A stretch of 63,811 bases of DNA, filler included, from Octopus bimaculoides (lineage: Eukaryota), in NCBI RefSeq assembly GCF_001194135.2. It is 3 parts of 3 records of this genome, joined end to end, with 100 filler letters (N's around TTAATTAATTAA, not from the genome) between each part and the next. Parts side by side here need not be neighbours in the genome. Positions count along the whole stretch, not along the records: positions 38,117 to 63,811 come from NC_069002.1; 2 more parts are not named here. One strand, 5' to 3'. This document shows, piece after piece, positions 60,917-63,811 of this stretch. The notes beneath the pieces are model-generated. The model saw nothing but the letters and a program-made list of their open reading frames with translations, was not told the DNA's origin and did no database searches. Both the position numbers and the translations under genes were made by a program. Position 1 is the stretch's first letter. Every line of letters starts with the position of its first letter.

Positions 60917-61905
60917 GGATCCTTTTACTTTCATCGGCTGATCGAAAAATTCATTTTTTGTAACTAAACACTTTCAAACTTTGGACACTGGTAGAAAGTG
61001 CCATATAAAACATATTTTACTCTTAGCGTTGTTGAGAAAAGTTTCTATTTACGAAGTTATTTCTTGTTAAAGTTGTCGTATTTCGGTAATTTCAACCAAT
61101 CGATGACGTTTATTCAGCTGAATAAAATTACTGCTGTTGTTTGTCAACAACAACTTCCGGTGGTGTATATTTCGTTTGTCACATATTTCATCTCAGTTAC
61201 GTTCGTATGAATAAACGAGTGTATCTAAAGCACGTTTACTTCATGACACCACCATAATCGTTCGTGCATTTCTACTGCTTTTAGGGTTTTTTTTTCCTGT
61301 TTTTCAGCAACTATTTTCGGAAATACTTCCCCTCATCCCCATTTTCTCGCAAATTATTGTTTCTTTATTTTCATTTTATTTATTTATTTATTATTTTTTT
61401 TGTTGTTAATTTTGCTTTTGCCAAAAACACAGCTTTTCGGATACAGAGATTCCGGATAATTGCCAAAAATCGGAATTTTGGAATTTTTTGAACCCCCTTA
61501 ATTTCTTCATTTTTCCCTTTTTCCGTAACCCTAACCCTAAAACCATAACCCTAAAACCCCAACCTAGCCCTTAAACCCTAACCCTAAACCTAAAATCCTA
61601 AACCAAGCACAAACGCACGAACGATGTCATAAATAACAGTGACAAACGAAATATACACCGCCGATAGTTGTTGTTGACAAACAACAGCAGTAATTTTATT
61701 TAGCTGAATACACGTCAATGATTGATTGAAATAACCGAAATACAACAACTTTAACAAGAAATAACTTCGTAAATATAAACTTTTCTCAACAACGCTAAGT
61801 GTAAAAGATATTTTATTATAACACATTGTACCAGTGTCCGAAGTTTGAAAGTGTTTAGTTACAGAAAATTAATTTCTCGATCTGCTAATGAAAGTGAGAA
61901 CATCC
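60917..61905. mobile_element. Non-autonomous foldback DNA transposon (Merlin- or MULE-like), 989 bp
   Basis: ~290-bp inverted arms (60917-~61207 and ~61617-61905); GGAT termini; perfect 8-bp TSD CTTATATT at 60909-60916 and 61906-61913. Confidence 0.88.
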
Positions 61906-62180
61906 CTTATATTTACAAGGAAGAAGGATCAATGCCTCTCTATTTGTAGTTTTGAATAAATATACTGTGGGGAATTTAATTACGAAATGGAAAGAAGTTA
62001 ATGTAACTGGAAGCAAGCTAATAAATTATATATTTAACCGTAGATTTGTAAGACGAACATTTGTAAGACGAACAAACACAAATGAAATTAAACAAATGAC
62101 GGGTTTAGACAGCTGAGATAGTGCTAAGTTTTAATAATGGAGTTTCAACAATATGTCTTCATCAAAATATATCTAAATAC

Positions 62181-62386
62181 AAGGCAGCGAGTTGGCATAA
62201 AGGTTAGCACGCCGTGCGAGTTGTTTGGCGGTATTTCGTCTGAGTTCAAATTCCACCGCGGTTGACTTTGGCTTTCATCATTTCGGAATCGATAAATTAA
62301 GTACTAATTGTGTACTGGCGTCGATCTAATCGACAGGCCCCACTCCCTCAAAATTTCGGGTTAGCGTGCCTAGCGTAGAAAATAAG
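62181..62386 (+). mobile_element. Meta-like SINE, tail type B
   Basis: AAGGCAGCGAGTTGGCA head; GTCGATCTAATCGAC hairpin; CAAAATTTCGGG..GTGCCTAGCGTAGAAAA tail. Confidence 0.85.
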
Positions 62387-63361
62387 TAGGAGAGAAGAAA
62401 TAAAGAAACGCAATATGAATATAAAGTAGAATTATATAAAGATTAAAGTTCATCTAACATTTATATCAATTACGATCTATGAATATTATTGGATCTCTGA
62501 AAAATTTATATTATTTCCAATTTTATTCTTGCTTCAGTCATTTGACTGTGGCCATGTGGGAGCACCGCCTTTAATATGTAATTTTAAAATTTTTTGGCCA
62601 ACCTAATTACTTTTTTTTAAAAATCTTCAATGCACGATATTGTAGCCCGATTAGCTCCTTCTGGATGTATTACATTTTTATTATTCGATTTATGATTCCC
62701 ATCTGGCCAAATAAATTATTTTCTATTTTTACGTATCAATTGCTTTCCCTTGCATGTGTAATTATTCGTTATTATTCTTCATTTAAATTTTCAATGACTT
62801 CATTAAATCGCGCTGAATTTACAACAATAATAGTATCATTCAATTATGCTTGCTACATATCTTTTTAACTTACTTAATATTTTCTCTTGCATATCGAATT
62901 TAACTCATTCCTATATAATTATATTATATTTTCTTTACACTATATACTTGCCTCATTAAATCCCTCAGGATTTCTTATTTCACTATTCTTTCCTTTTTTT
63001 ATTTACTCTCATTAATTATCATTTGTAAGATGCTTCCTATGTGGTACGTGTTTAATTCATACAAGGTAACATTAATTTTCTAATAGCCAACTCCTACATC
63101 TTCGAACTTTCGTTCTTCGTGTTATCTTGAAGATATTTATGTAGACCGCTATGTAAACTAAATCTTTCTTCATATAATCCTAGGTTATTTACATTCGTCC
63201 CTTTAATAGCCATTCTGCTATAACAAGAAACCTAGTATACTGCTTCCCCTGCTACTTCGCATCCGCTAGTGTATTCAGTGTATAAAATGCCTCTCTTAAC
63301 ATCACCTCCACGAACAGAAACAATAAACTTTTTGATCGTTATTGTTTATTTGCCTTGGCTT

Positions 63362-63489
63362 TGCCTTTCTTCTTTTCGGGGTCGCTAAAATAAGTACTAG
63401 TAATGTACTGGGTTCGATGTAATCGACTTAACCCCTTTGTCCTTGTTTGTACCCTCTATATTTAGCCCCCTGTGGGTAATAAAGAAATA
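63362..63489 (+). mobile_element. 5'-truncated Meta-like SINE, tail type A
   Basis: TTCGGGGTCG..AAATAAGTACTAG...TTTAGCCCCCTGTGGGTAATAAAGAAATA. Confidence 0.85.
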
Positions 63490-63624
63490 TGTATTATGAA
63501 TGATTGCCAAGTTTGCATAACCATAAGATGACAGCATTACTTTTAATATGTTTATGCATTTTCGAGTATGCGTTTCTATGTGCAAGTGTACGTATGTTTC
63601 CTATATCTATATCATTCTTTCTAT

Positions 63625-63721
63625 CTGTTGATCGATCTATGTATGTATGTATGTGTGTAAGTATGTGTGTATGTATGTATGTATGTAAATATATATGTAT
63701 GCATGTATCTATCTATCTATC

Positions 63722-63804
<83 letters not shown>

Positions 63805-63811
63805 ATATATA
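63625..63811. repeat. (ATGT)n and (ATCT)n microsatellites
   Basis: Direct repeats. Confidence 0.95.

Overview
Eukaryotic, AT-rich, repeat-saturated DNA with roughly 4.5 kb of N in 15 gaps. The SINE families and microsatellite density fit an octopus (coleoid cephalopod) genome; this is recognition, not a database result. I find no intact host gene, tRNA, rRNA or CRISPR array. Most long ORFs in the track are microsatellite or N-gap artefacts. The window holds about 30 copies or fragments of tRNA-derived SINEs in three or four families, plus decayed transposons: a rosa-type DD41D mariner with long TIRs, a maT-type DD37D mariner, a Tc1/IS630-like element, Tigger/pogo, a Helitron helicase, Penelope-like elements, Tx1/L1, RTE, CRE and R4/Dong LINE fragments, and several MITEs. 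Two 100-bp N44-TTAATTAATTAA-N44 spacers are artificial joins, so the window is three pieces. The best leads are: (1) a hidden, highly diverged ~45-bp tandem array at 16.77-17.60 kb whose unit carries a minus-strand 5' splice-donor consensus; (2) a 989-bp foldback element with ~290-bp TIRs, an 8-bp TSD and a telomere-like core; (3) hammerhead-ribozyme-like motifs in Penelope-type repeats; (4) a SINE tail found twice at the same site in the head of its own family; (5) a young 150-bp inverted duplication inside the mariner; (6) a hAT MITE whose empty-site paralog lies in the same window. All calls were made by eye. Coordinates of decayed elements are approximate.
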